Shown here piece by piece: positions 39,150 to 50,492 of a stretch of DNA of 64,000 bases. Source of the stretch: Rhynchopus sp. YZ270_cl-10. Its lineage: Eukaryota. The position numbers and the translations under genes are program-made. The stretch spans positions 1,674,001 through 1,738,000 of the forward strand of contig OZ037844.1 of the NCBI GenBank assembly GCA_964035575.1, read 5' to 3'. Numbering within the stretch: the first letter of the stretch is position 1; every line of letters starts with the position of its first letter. The notes beneath the pieces are model-generated. The model made no database searches and had not been told where the DNA came from. It was given only the letters and a program-made list of their open reading frames with translations.

Positions 39150-41800
39150 ATGAAGCAGATCGTGGCAGCTGTGCTTCTGGCAGCAACTGCTGTCAACGGG
39201 CAGTGCAACTTCAACGACATGACGGTCAACCTTGGCGCTCAGACCCTCAAAGGAGCGTATGTACTATGTTTGCATGTCTCAACCATTTCCCTTTCAACAG
39301 GAGTTTGGCTGGTGCCGGTGTGACGGTTTCCCCTCATTGCCTTGGATTTGTTTGGACGACCGGCCCGTGTAGCCTGCATGCCGCGAACTACAACGGCGGT
39401 GTGCCAATCACCGTGACTTGCACAGGGACGACGTGGGGACCAGCGGTGCTGTCTGCTGATCCGTGTGCACCGATGCCAATTGTTGCGAACGCTGGTACCA
39501 TCACAGGTAACGAGGGGGACACAAAGCCTGTCGTGTGCAACTCAGGTTACACGTGCGACCAGGCCACTTGCAATGTGATGTGCACGAACAATGCATTCAC
39601 CTTCGTAGCACAGACGCCGGCAGTGACGGCCATCCCGACTTGCATTCGTATGTAACACATGTCGCCACTCACACACCACCTACCCCTTATCCACAGAGGA
39701 CTGCACACTCCCCCCCATCTTTGGAGCAACGCTGAGCGGCTGCACGGCAGGAGGTGGCCTTGTTGACATGAGCACCCCCGGAGCACCGGCCTGCACATGG
39801 AACGTAGACGCTGGATTTGAGTGTGGTGGCATGACCACTGGCGTGATCACTTGCACTGCAGGTACGTTTGCTGGAGTACCCACGTGTGTAGAGAATGTGT
39901 GTGCTGTGTACGATCTTGGAACTGCACCTGCAGGTGTCATTGCTGGCCCGAACCAGGGAATGGTGCTCCCGTGCACTGCGATGACTGTGCTGACGGCAGT
40001 GACCCAGCCTTCGTGCAGTCTGCAGTGCGACAGTGCTGCAGGGTACACCACAAACACTGGTCTCCTGAACTGTGACGCACTGAACATGGGAACAGGAGTA
40101 CTTCCAACACCCAGTATCGCGTGCGCACCAGTGGAGTGCCTGCAGCCCTTCGACCACGCAGCAGCTGGCATTGTCGACCCCGCAATGACCCTGCCATCGT
40201 GCAACAATGTGTTTGCGACTCCGTGCTCGCTTGTGTGTGACGGCAATGGTTTCGCACAGGGTGGTGCTGCACCGGCTCTGACGTGCACACAGGACAGTTC
40301 AAACCCCGATGTTGGGAACTGGGTGCTGACGAACCCTTGCCTCGGACCTGCCACATGTGCGATCTACACCTGTCCCCATGGGTATGTTGGTTTCTTGCTT
40401 TATGTTAAGAAAGATGCACGCCAGGCATATTCATCTTACAACTATTCTTGATATGGTGTGACTCATTTTTCACGGGAGAAAAGTGGGGGATTTTTCTGGG
40501 TGATTTTTACCAAAAGAAAGAGTGAGGGACTTGGGGATACTTATAGGAAGTATTTGAACATGTCTTGCATTTACTGTCTGAGAAAATCAAAACAGCCAGC
40601 CTGTTGTAATAATACCATACCACTCACCCCACCTACAGACTTGTGCTTGACGCAAACCCGACTGCTATCAACTGCCCGCAGGTGACAAGAGGCGGGACTC
40701 CAATTGCCGCCATCTGCTCAGCCCTGCACGCCGACAACACAGCAGCATGCTGCCTGAACCCCACCTCCGTCCCAACAGCAACCCCGACAGCGCAGCCCAC
40801 AGCTGTTCCACCATTCATGCCCACTGCAGTGCCGACAAGCGCCCCTTCTACGTGCACAGACAAGGACACGATTAAGACAACGTGCCCACGGAGCCTGCCT
40901 GACACATGCCGCTTCAAGGTGCAGCACCAAGAGAGGGTGCTCTCTGTTGCCTTCTCGAGCGACGGCACGCACTTTGCCACTGGCAGCGACGACGGTGTGC
41001 GTGTGTTTGAGATTGCAACAGGCATGCAGACGCTGAAGCTTGCGTGTGCAGACTTTGCTGTGCACGACGTTGTGTTCTCGCCGGACGCACTGTCGGTTGC
41101 AGTTGCAGGTGCGGGTGGACGTGCTGTGGTGTGCGATGTGGCAACGGGAGCACTGCGGTACGTCCTGCACAACCTGGGGAGCAGAAGCACGCCGATACGC
41201 AAGGTCGCGTATTCGCGTGTGGGTGGCCTGCTTGCGGGTGGGGGTGGGAACGCGCCAAGCACACGTGTTGTGCGTGCAGACGACGGTGCCTTGGACCTTG
41301 TCATCCATGCGCATGCGCGCAACGTGGCGTTTTCGCCTGACGGAAGTCTGCTGGCAACTGTGGTGGGGAGTGAGGTGGACGAGATTGTGCAGATATGGGA
41401 CGTTGCGACGGGTGCGAAGGTGGGCACTGTTGTCTCTGAGGGTGCGCGTGTGGTGTCTGTGGCGTTCCTGTCTGGCGGTGAGCTGCTGCGTGGGATGGAC
41501 AGCGGTGCCGTCCTTATGACGCGTTGGGCAAGCGGGACTGTCGGTGTGGGTGTCGCGACAGTGTCAGCAGCAGTGTCGATGCCCTCTCACGTGCTGCACC
41601 ACGCTACGCCCTCTGCAGACGGGCAGCTCTTTGCTGCTGCAGGCCCTGCTGAGGTCGTCGTGTGGACGGCAGCAGGCACTGTGCACACACGCCTTGCAGG
41701 CCTCGACTCAATTGTGGCTCAGGTGTCCTTCTCCCCCGACAGCAGCCTTCTTGCCACTGCCGGGCACGATGGGTCGCTCCTTGTGTGGTCTCTTGTGTGA
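39150..41800 (+). CDS. Secreted Cys-rich repeat + WD40 protein (copy 3), 4 exons: 39150-39256, 39301-39647, 39697-40381, 40639-41800
   Basis: Signal peptide MKQIVAAVLLAATAVNG. Three GTATGT..CAG introns (44, 49 and 257 nt) join the ORFs in frame, ending in the shared WD40 cassette. Confidence 0.8.
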
Positions 41801-42848
41801 TGCTGAGGCAGCCGCAGCAATACACCGTTTTGTATTTCAAGTGAGATGTTTGTATTCACCGAAATAAATCCATGGTGGTTGACACCCTCTCAGGCATATG
41901 TTGCTTCAGGAGTATATAGTTATTTCTCCTCTGATGCTCTTTTTCTCTGATGTGTGATGCGCGACACGTTCATCTTTCAGTTTCTTTTGTTCTTTGTTTT
42001 AATAGTTGACTAGGCACGAGAGGCTTGGTATCATGTTATAAACATTTCTTTGTTTTTGCACATTGCTCTCATCGTTTCATGACATTGTTTTCACTATGAT
42101 GGATCTTTGAAGTTTGCGGAAGATCTTTCCAGAAATTGTGAATTTGTTTGAGATTTTCACACATCTGGACGATCATGTTATTTGTGTGGGTTTTTCGTAT
42201 TCCAGACACATCTTTTGAGGGGAAAAAAACGATCTCTTCCACAAGCTCTGATCCTTTTTGATATTATCACTGAATAGCATTTTTCAACGCGTTTTGTGAA
42301 CTCGGAACAGGTTTATTTCTGTGAAAGTGTCGGGATGTGTGAGCTCGCAAATGGCACATCTCGTATCACACAATAGACCTGTTGCGAGACACAGCCAACA
42401 CTGACTCCTCAACTGGTAAAAGAGCCTGTCGAGAGGGTCAGTGTTGGTGCTTTCGTTTCTTCTTCCGTTGCGATGTGCGTCCGTATGGTGTCAGGCGGTC
42501 TACCTGGCCTGAAATACACGTAGCTTTTTAGAAGCTGACCAACACGGCGAGTGTGGTGCGAAACACATTCATTTTTATTGATGTTCTTTTATTATCCAGT
42601 GCCTGCGTCCCGCCGTTGAACGGTGAGTCGTTTGCACTTTCAACTTTTCTTTATTGTTTCCCTCTCCCCCCGTTAAAACCGTTTCAACGTTCTTTGCAGA
42701 AAACCCCGTTTGCAAAAGAAAAAAAGGTTCGGTGTCTACTTTCTAGAAATAAGCAGAATGAAATACCCCCCATTTGTCGTTTGTTGTTTGTTGTTCGCAT
42801 ACATCCTACAAAAATTTCCACACAGCATTTTTCCTTAACAACCAACAA

Positions 42849-44732
42849 ATGAGGCCCATGTGTGCGATGCTACTGGGTGCCCTCTCACTCAGCAGAGGTG
42901 CCACTGCGCAGTGTACCTCAACGCAACCGTGGTGCAGTGCATTCACGCCTGTTCCGGCACCAGGCGGCGTGTTAGGGGCCCTGTGTACACTATCCCCAAC
43001 TTGCCAGACTCGTCCGCTGGACTGGCAAGTGGAACGTGTTCTGGAGCAGCACAACCTGTACAGGGAAAAGCACGGAGCATGCCCCATGACGTACAGCACA
43101 GCCATTGAAGACTACGTTATGACCAGCCCCGCCTTCCAAGACATCTGCAACACCGGCAGCCTCAAGCACAACACCGGCAATTCCTATGGCGAGAACATTG
43201 CCATGGTGGGTACTTCCGGTGCTACGAACATTGGTCTGTGGGATGCGGCTGAGGCTGTGAAGAACTGGTACTGCTTGGAGGAGAACTGCTATGATGGTGC
43301 ATTCTGGTCACAGATCCTGCGCTTCTCTCAGGTGGTGTGGAAGGATTCACTCCAGATCGGGTGTGGTCTGTGCTCTGTCGACACCCGCATGTACATCATG
43401 TGCAATTATCATGTGAAAGGGAACCACGTTTCGCAGTTCGGGAGCCAGGTCGGAGCACCAGGGTCAACAGCGACAGGGTGTGCAGTGCCTACAGCTGTGC
43501 CAACCTTCGTTCCCACAGCACAACCAACTTCAGTGCCGACAGCTGTTCCCACTTCAGTTCCAACAGCAATCCCGAGAGCAGTACCCACAACTGTTCCGAC
43601 ATCCATGCCCACTGCAGTGCCCACAGCTGTGCCAACCTCCGTTCCCACAGCACAACCTACTTCAATGCCAACAGCACAGCCCACAGCAATTCCTACATCA
43701 GTCCCAACAGCAACCCCGACAGCGCAGCCCACAGCTGTTCCACCATTCATGCCCACTGCAGTGCCGACAAGCGCCCCTTCTACGTGCACAGACAAGGACA
43801 CGATTAAGACAACGTGCCCACGGAGCCTGCCTGACACATGCCGCTTCAAGGTGCAGCACCAAGAGAGGGTGCTCTCTGTTGCCTTCTCGAGCGACGGCAC
43901 GCACTTTGCCACTGGCAGCGACGACGGTGTGCGTGTGTTTGAGATTGCAACAGGCATGCAGACGCTGAAGCTTGCGTGTGCAGACTTTGCTGTGCACGAC
44001 GTTGTGTTCTCGCCGGACGCACTGTCGGTTGCAGTTGCAGGTGCGGGTGGACGTGCTGTGGTGTGCGATGTGGCAACGGGAGCACTGCGGTACGTCCTGC
44101 ACAACCTGGGGAGCAAAAGCACGCCGATACGCAAGGTAGCGTACTCGCGTGTGGGTGGCCTGCTTGCGGGTGGGGGTGGGAACGCGCCAAGCACACGTGT
44201 TGTGCGTGCAGACGACGGTGCCTTGGACCTTGTCATCCATGCGCATGCGCGCAACGTGGCGTTTTCGCCTGACGGAAGTCTGCTGGCAACTGTGGTGGGG
44301 AGTGAGGTGGACGAGATTGTGCAGATATGGGACGTTGCGACAGGTGCGAAGGTGGGCACTGTTGTCTCTGAGGGTGCGCGTGTGGTGTCTGTGGCGTTCC
44401 TCTCTGGCGGTGAGCTGCTGCGTGGGATGGACAGTGGTGCCGTCCTTATGACGCGTTGGGCAAGCGGGACTGTCGGTGTGGGTGTCGCGACAGTGTCAGC
44501 AGCAGTGTCGATGCCCTCTCACGTGTTGCACCACGCTACGCCCTCTGCAGACGGGCAGCTCTTTGCTGCTGCAGGCCCTGCTGAGGTCGTCGTGTGGACG
44601 GCAGCAGGCACTGTGCACACACGCCTTGCAGGCCTCGACTCAATTGTGGCTCAGGTGTCCTTCTCCCCCGACAGCAGCCTTCTTGCCACTGCCGGGCACG
44701 ATGGGTCGCTCCTTGTGTGGTCTCTTGTGTGA
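42849..44732 (+). CDS. Secreted CAP/SCP + PT repeats + WD40 protein (copy 4)
   Basis: Paralogue of 31372-33240 with a diverged CAP domain and a near-identical WD40 region. Confidence 0.88.
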   Translation: MRPMCAMLLGALSLSRGATAQCTSTQPWCSAFTPVPAPGGVLGALCTLSPTCQTRPLDWQVERVLEQHNLYREKHGACPMTYSTAIEDYVMTSPAFQDICNTGSLKHNTGNSYGENIAMVGTSGATNIGLWDAAEAVKNWYCLEENCYDGAFWSQILRFSQVVWKDSLQIGCGLCSVDTRMYIMCNYHVKGNHVSQFGSQVGAPGSTATGCAVPTAVPTFVPTAQPTSVPTAVPTSVPTAIPRAVPTTVPTSMPTAVPTAVPTSVPTAQPTSMPTAQPTAIPTSVPTATPTAQPTAVPPFMPTAVPTSAPSTCTDKDTIKTTCPRSLPDTCRFKVQHQERVLSVAFSSDGTHFATGSDDGVRVFEIATGMQTLKLACADFAVHDVVFSPDALSVAVAGAGGRAVVCDVATGALRYVLHNLGSKSTPIRKVAYSRVGGLLAGGGGNAPSTRVVRADDGALDLVIHAHARNVAFSPDGSLLATVVGSEVDEIVQIWDVATGAKVGTVVSEGARVVSVAFLSGGELLRGMDSGAVLMTRWASGTVGVGVATVSAAVSMPSHVLHHATPSADGQLFAAAGPAEVVVWTAAGTVHTRLAGLDSIVAQVSFSPDSSLLATAGHDGSLLVWSLV

Positions 44733-45873
44733 TGCTGAGGCACAAGGTGCAACCGGCTAGGGTTAGTTTTGCACCGTTTTGAGAGGAATCAGTTTTTGTC
44801 GTGTAGACGACATTTCTTCACTGTCAGGAGAGGGATTTGCATTTCAACTCAACGTTCTTTTCTCTGATGTGTGATGCGACACGTTCATCTTTCAGTTTCT
44901 TTTGTTCTTTTATTTTGTTTTGTACATTGCTCTCATTGTTACATGAGATTGTTTTCACTATGATGGTCTTGAAGTTTGCGGAAGATCTTTCCAGAAATTG
45001 TGAATTTGTGGATTTTCACACATCTGGAGGATCATGTTATTTGTGTGGGTTTTTCATATTGTTCACACATTTTATGTGACAAAAAGATCTCTTCCACAAG
45101 CTATGATCATATATGATTATTATTGAATAGCATTTTTCCACGCGTTTTGTGAAGTCGTGATACGTTTATTTCTGTGGTGGGAAGTGTCCTGTATCACAAT
45201 AGCTTCCTGCCCTTCGAGAGTAGCTTTTTAGAAGCTTACTAACACGGCGAGTGTGCTGCGAAGCACAGTCATTTTGTTGATTTCTTTTTATTTTCCAGTG
45301 CCTGCGTCCGCTGTTGAACGGTGAGTCGTTTGCACTTTCAACTTTTCTTTATTGTTTCCCTCCCCCCCAAAACCGTTTCAGCGTTCTTTGCAAAAAAAAA
45401 AAAATAGTGAAGACTGCCTGAATGGCAGCTACACTAAACAAACAAATTACGAAGAAAAAAAAAAAATCTCGCACACGTCCAACCAAAAATTTATTATTTC
45501 CTCGCTCATGTGTCACCCTGGGAATGTGGAACGTTCCCCAAGCTGCTTTCGGTATGACGAATCACGCCATACCTTCCAGGGCAAAGGCTTCGGCCAACAT
45601 TGCCCCTGTGATCTACTGAGGTGGGTGCTGTGTCGACAACGAACCAGTGCCTGACGTTGAGGGTTCCCGCAACTTCCAAAATACGACCATTTTACCTTAT
45701 GGCGGCTTCCTACCCTTCCCAACACAACACAACCCCTCCAGAAAACGTACACGGCGGTCTGTTATTTAAACTACTAACGAGTGTTCTCGCTTTAGCCGTT
45801 AAATTGTTTATTTTTCTTCTTTTCTCGGGGCTGTGCGTCATCTGGCAAGCTTTCTTTCCCCTCATCCAAAGCA

Positions 45874-48792
45874 ATGCCGCGGGTGCACGTGCCTGTTCTG
45901 GGTGTGATCGTTGTGGCAACACTGCTGAGCACATCAGCATCGCTTGCGGGTGGGCTGTTGTTGTACTTTGAAGGCCTCAACTCACTGGAGGCGTCTGTGA
46001 AGGAGACAAGCAGCGGTGAGCTGCACGCACTGCACGAGAGCACACATGTCCTGCTAGCGCAGACGCAGGAGTTCCTCTCCGTCGCGCACACATTCCTCTT
46101 CTCGCACGAGCGCGTGCACGGCACTGACCCAGAGGGCTGGGCAGACACGACACGCCTGCTGTGGCAGGCACAGCTAGCAGGGTCTGCGTTCCTCTACCAC
46201 TGCACTGTGCACGTACACCCACAACCACACGACAACAGCAGCGCTTTCTTTTCTCGTGTATGGGGCGACGTGGATGACGGTGTGCGTATCGTGCGCCACG
46301 CGCGCCTGGAGGAGGACCACGTGGCCAGGGCGTATGCACTCGACCCTGAGACAGGCTTGGGTGCGGCTGTGGTGGGTGAGTGGGACGAGGAAGCGTCCTT
46401 TGCGCAGTACCCCGTGACGCTACTCAACCCTGCTGCGGGTGTGTACCCGGACCTGGCTGGGAGTGCTGCGGACGTGGCAGGTGCGGCAGTGTCGTGGTGG
46501 GGTGCAGCAGTCACACACCGTCGCTCTGACAGTCACGTTGGTGCGCACTCAGACCTGGTTGCGGTGTTTGCCCCGCCACCCGCACCACATCCGTGGAGTG
46601 CACACCGTGCGGTTGTGCTGCAGGTGGGCTTCCTCTACGACGCGATGAGGCCTGCGTTCAGTGCGTACAATCGCGCACGGCCCGACACCACCGTGATTGT
46701 TGTGTGCACTGCAACAGGAGCTGTCCTAGCCACCACTGCAGGAGTGCCTGTCGTGCCGCAGTGGTGCCAGGGACACGACACACCACCCCACAGCGACATC
46801 ACGCAAGCGGCAGGCGCCTGTATGCACAACATCTCAGCACTCACGGGCGTGGAGCGTGCAGCGTACGAGCACCTCACAGAGGCATGGGGCAGGTGGGACT
46901 TCAAGCGTGCAGACCTCAACGGTGATGCGTACTACATGCGTCGTGCGCGATTTGGGCACAACTGGGAATTTCTCTGGCTGCGCCCTGTCGCAAGCGTGGA
47001 GGGGAAGGTGCAGGATGCTTTAGTGCTGCTCATCGTCTTCACAGTGTTGGTGCTTGTGTTCGACGCGTCGATCTCGGTAACGGAGGTGGGCTTCATCGCC
47101 CTGCCTGTGCGTCGTCTTGCTGCGTCTGTAGCGGCGGCAGGGAATATGAACACAGAGGAGGCTGCCCAGGCGATCGCAGGCTATGAGTCGCGGTGTGTGA
47201 TGGTGACGGAGATGCGACAGCTGATGAGCGGGATGGCTGTTGCTGTGGAGCAGTTGCGTGTGTACAAGGCTTTTATCCCTGAGGCTGTGTTCGCAGACGG
47301 CCACAACACACCGCACGTCGCGCACGTGGTACGGCACAGTTCCTTGCATGCTAACAGCTCCGTTGTGCCTGGTACAGGGTCCAGCGAGGCAGCAGTCGTG
47401 TTCACCGACATCAAGGGCTCGACGCTGCTGTGGGAAACCGTGCATGACAGCATGCGTCTGGGCCTACAGCGCCACAACGAGGTGGTGCGAGCGTGCATCG
47501 CTGACTGGGGTGGCTACGAGGTCAAGACGATAGGAGACGCGTTCATGGTCGCCTTCGACACGCTTGACAGTGCGGTGCTGTTTGCACTGGCTGTGCATGA
47601 ACGCCTTGCCTGTGTCGAGTGGCCAGCGCAGCTCCTGGAGGCGAACGGCGGGGAGGGTCTCGTCCTGCGCGTAGGTGTTAGCCACGGTGCGGTGTCCGTG
47701 GAGTACCAGGAGGCGTGGGCGTGCCACGACTTCTTCGGCACTACCGTACACAAGGCTGCACAGCTTGAGGCGATGTGCGTGCCAGGTGCAGTCGCGGTGG
47801 CGACGGAGTGTCTCGACAGCGTAGCTTCCCTGCTCCCGAAGTTTGAGGTCCTGGACATGGGAACCCGCACTCTGCGCGGGCTTGTGGACCCGATGGCAAT
47901 ATCGTTTCTCATACCACGTTCTCTTCCCGCCAGAGCAGAGGAAGTGAAGCGCTCTGCGCAAGGCCGCAACCCTCTCTGCGGGCGTGCCTGCAAGAAGCCC
48001 CTCAGGGCGAAGAGCATGAAGAGCCTCAATCACGCGAAGGACGTTCTCGAAGTGGCCGAGTCTGCAACCACTGGGCACCTCGAGCACCTTGTCCCAGGGG
48101 ATACCTCGTACGAGGTGACTGTTGTGCTCAATGCAGCGCTCGTGAAAACAATGGCCAGTCTTGAGCGGAGTGACGGGAAGATCATCACCGTGCTTGGGTC
48201 GGCAGTGTACATGGGGTGGAACGTGCTGCAGGCGTGCTGCAGCCACACGGAGAAGGCCTTCAGGTTCGTCGGGCTCATCACAAAGAATTCAGGAGAGACA
48301 AGGATACGTTGCGGGATAAGCTCTGGTGGGCGTGTGATGGCTGGGAAGATCGGCACTCGTGGGCAGGGCTTCTTCACTGCTATCGGGGTTCCCATGAGGC
48401 AATGTTCCTGGCTCCTGTGCAGGTGCGAGGCCTTTGGAGCTGACTTCCTGTACACGTCGGCATCGCAGCTTGCGGTACAACAGCTGTGCCTCAAGGGGCG
48501 TATCCGTCCCCTGGAGGACACAGCGCTCATGGGCATGCAGTTTCGCGTGCACGAGGTGCACTGCAGAAGGATACGTGAATGGTGCAGAGATAAGTCGGGT
48601 GCGTTGCTGTCCACGGGTGCGAACACCGGTGCCGTCATCGACACCACCGAGGACGGGTCGTACACACATGAGACGTGCTGGTCTGCGACGTACATGAGGG
48701 CCTTCGACGAAATGAACATGTCTGTGCTCTCTTCCTTAGCAGGCATCGACCCCGTCATCGATAAGGTGTACCAGAGACTCATAAGAAGGTAG
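45874..48792 (+). CDS. Receptor-type class III adenylate/guanylate cyclase
   Basis: N-terminal TM segment, extracellular domain, second TM segment (LVLLIVFTVLVLVF), cyclase motifs VVFTDIKGST, YEVKTIGDAFMVAF and DFFGTTVHKAAQLE, then a degenerate second cyclase-like domain. Confidence 0.88.
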   Translation: MPRVHVPVLGVIVVATLLSTSASLAGGLLLYFEGLNSLEASVKETSSGELHALHESTHVLLAQTQEFLSVAHTFLFSHERVHGTDPEGWADTTRLLWQAQLAGSAFLYHCTVHVHPQPHDNSSAFFSRVWGDVDDGVRIVRHARLEEDHVARAYALDPETGLGAAVVGEWDEEASFAQYPVTLLNPAAGVYPDLAGSAADVAGAAVSWWGAAVTHRRSDSHVGAHSDLVAVFAPPPAPHPWSAHRAVVLQVGFLYDAMRPAFSAYNRARPDTTVIVVCTATGAVLATTAGVPVVPQWCQGHDTPPHSDITQAAGACMHNISALTGVERAAYEHLTEAWGRWDFKRADLNGDAYYMRRARFGHNWEFLWLRPVASVEGKVQDALVLLIVFTVLVLVFDASISVTEVGFIALPVRRLAASVAAAGNMNTEEAAQAIAGYESRCVMVTEMRQLMSGMAVAVEQLRVYKAFIPEAVFADGHNTPHVAHVVRHSSLHANSSVVPGTGSSEAAVVFTDIKGSTLLWETVHDSMRLGLQRHNEVVRACIADWGGYEVKTIGDAFMVAFDTLDSAVLFALAVHERLACVEWPAQLLEANGGEGLVLRVGVSHGAVSVEYQEAWACHDFFGTTVHKAAQLEAMCVPGAVAVATECLDSVASLLPKFEVLDMGTRTLRGLVDPMAISFLIPRSLPARAEEVKRSAQGRNPLCGRACKKPLRAKSMKSLNHAKDVLEVAESATTGHLEHLVPGDTSYEVTVVLNAALVKTMASLERSDGKIITVLGSAVYMGWNVLQACCSHTEKAFRFVGLITKNSGETRIRCGISSGGRVMAGKIGTRGQGFFTAIGVPMRQCSWLLCRCEAFGADFLYTSASQLAVQQLCLKGRIRPLEDTALMGMQFRVHEVHCRRIREWCRDKSGALLSTGANTGAVIDTTEDGSYTHETCWSATYMRAFDEMNMSVLSSLAGIDPVIDKVYQRLIRR

Positions 48793-49919
48793 GAAACTTC
48801 TGCATAGTACCAACCTGCTTGAGAGTTTTTAGCCCGTCACCTAAATGTGAGCATGCCAGAAGAAATATTTCAGTGTTCACGAAGGTGTTCTTAGTCCGCA
48901 CTACATAAGCGCAGCGGAGGCTTCGACACTTTTTCTGGGTTACCTATCTGCGCTGCGAGGGTCTTTGGGGTTTCAAACAATGTTGTGATGTTGTGTCTAT
49001 CTGTTCGTCTTGCCCTGCGACACTGCCCCTCATGTACTATTATACACCACACTGACGTGGCATTGGACACGCCGACCTAAGTGTTCTGTCCCAGAATAGT
49101 TCCTATTACGGCATTTCTTCGTGTGAACGAGTGTCACATTTGTCGTCATTTTTTTTTTTGTCCATTTGCGTTGGGGTTGGCAGTTTTTTGAGCCTTAGCG
49201 TGAAATCAACAAGCGCTGCTGCGACAACGGCACGTTAATATCTTGTTCTATTGTTCTGTTCTTTCATTCATCCCACAAGGATTTTTGAGTAAATCGGATA
49301 TTTAGTCACTACATTCTTTTGGGCTAATTCGCGCCAACTTTGTGTTTTATGCTTGCTGCGTATTTTTGAGATTACTGTTGTTAGCTGTTTCCAAAAGCTG
49401 GGGAATTTTGCCCTCCTTTTTTCTCACGTTTTCGGGTTTTCGGTTTTGTTTCCCACAATTTCCCACCCCCCTCACAGTTTTCTGGAGTAGCCCTGCGATT
49501 TCAGCGAATTTCACAGTGTCTCACACACCCTGTGGTGCCGGTGTTCCTTCTGCCCCGTTTGTGTTATTGTTGTTCCATTTGTTTTTCTTTTCAGTTTCTT
49601 TTCAGTGGATGATAATGTCTGTAGTCGCCCCAGTGCCTCTTAGTCATTTTCTACCTCTTACCCTCACTTTCATCTGGAAAGGGTTATCCACTGTGCTTTA
49701 TTTCCCCATCGCGTTTCCTTCCCACCACCCTCACAACAAAAACTCTAAGCCTTGTAAAAAAAAAAAAAAAAATAGTAGGATCGGTAGGTAAGTAAAAGGA
49801 AAAAAGGTTTTTTTCGTTGATTGCACCCCTAACCCCCTGGGACTGCTCTGCACAGAGCTGAATACTCGGAGTCCTGATAAAGATGCTTCAAATCTGTTTC
49901 GCCCACTGACTTATCCAGC

Positions 49920-50345
49920 GTGGCCGCGGCGTCACCGCCGGAGACGTCGTTTGCGACATCTAATTCTTTATAGTCGCTCGTGGCGACTTTCACTGTTTTC
50001 GCCCAGTGTGGCCGCGGCGTCACCGCCGGAGACGTCATTAGCGACACCTTATTCTTTATAGTCGCTCGTGGCGACTTTCACTGTTTTCGCCCAGTGTGGC
50101 CGCGGCGTCACCGCCGGAGACGTCATTAGCGACACCTTATTCTTTATAGTCGCTCGTGGCGACTTTCACTGTTTTCGCCCAGTGTGGCCGCGGCGTCACC
50201 GCCGGAGACGTCGTTAGCGACACCTTATTCTTTATAGTCGCTCGTGGCGACTTTCAGTGTTTGGCCGACGGTTGTCCCTACATGTCGTTCTTTATAGTCG
50301 CCCGTAGCGACTTTGTAGTTCTTTATAGTCGCCCGTAGCGACTTT
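49920..50345. repeat. 88-bp tandem repeat (4 units starting 49920, 50008, 50096, 50184) plus two shorter degenerate units
   Basis: The unit contains the inverted repeats CGGCG-TCAC-CGCCG and AGTCGC-N5-GCGACT. Confidence 0.9.
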
Positions 50346-50397
50346 CGTAGGGGGGTCCGACGCACCAACACAGTTACTTCGTCTTCTTTCTTTCTTT

Positions 50398-50431
<34 letters not shown>

Positions 50432-50492
50432 AAATCCACCCGAATGCTGATGATGATGATAATGATACCCAAAAAAAAATAAAAAATATATA

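Noticed and set aside
49920..50345. Possible CRISPR array
   Set aside because: The units are near-identical along their whole length, with no unique spacers and no cas genes, in a eukaryotic context.
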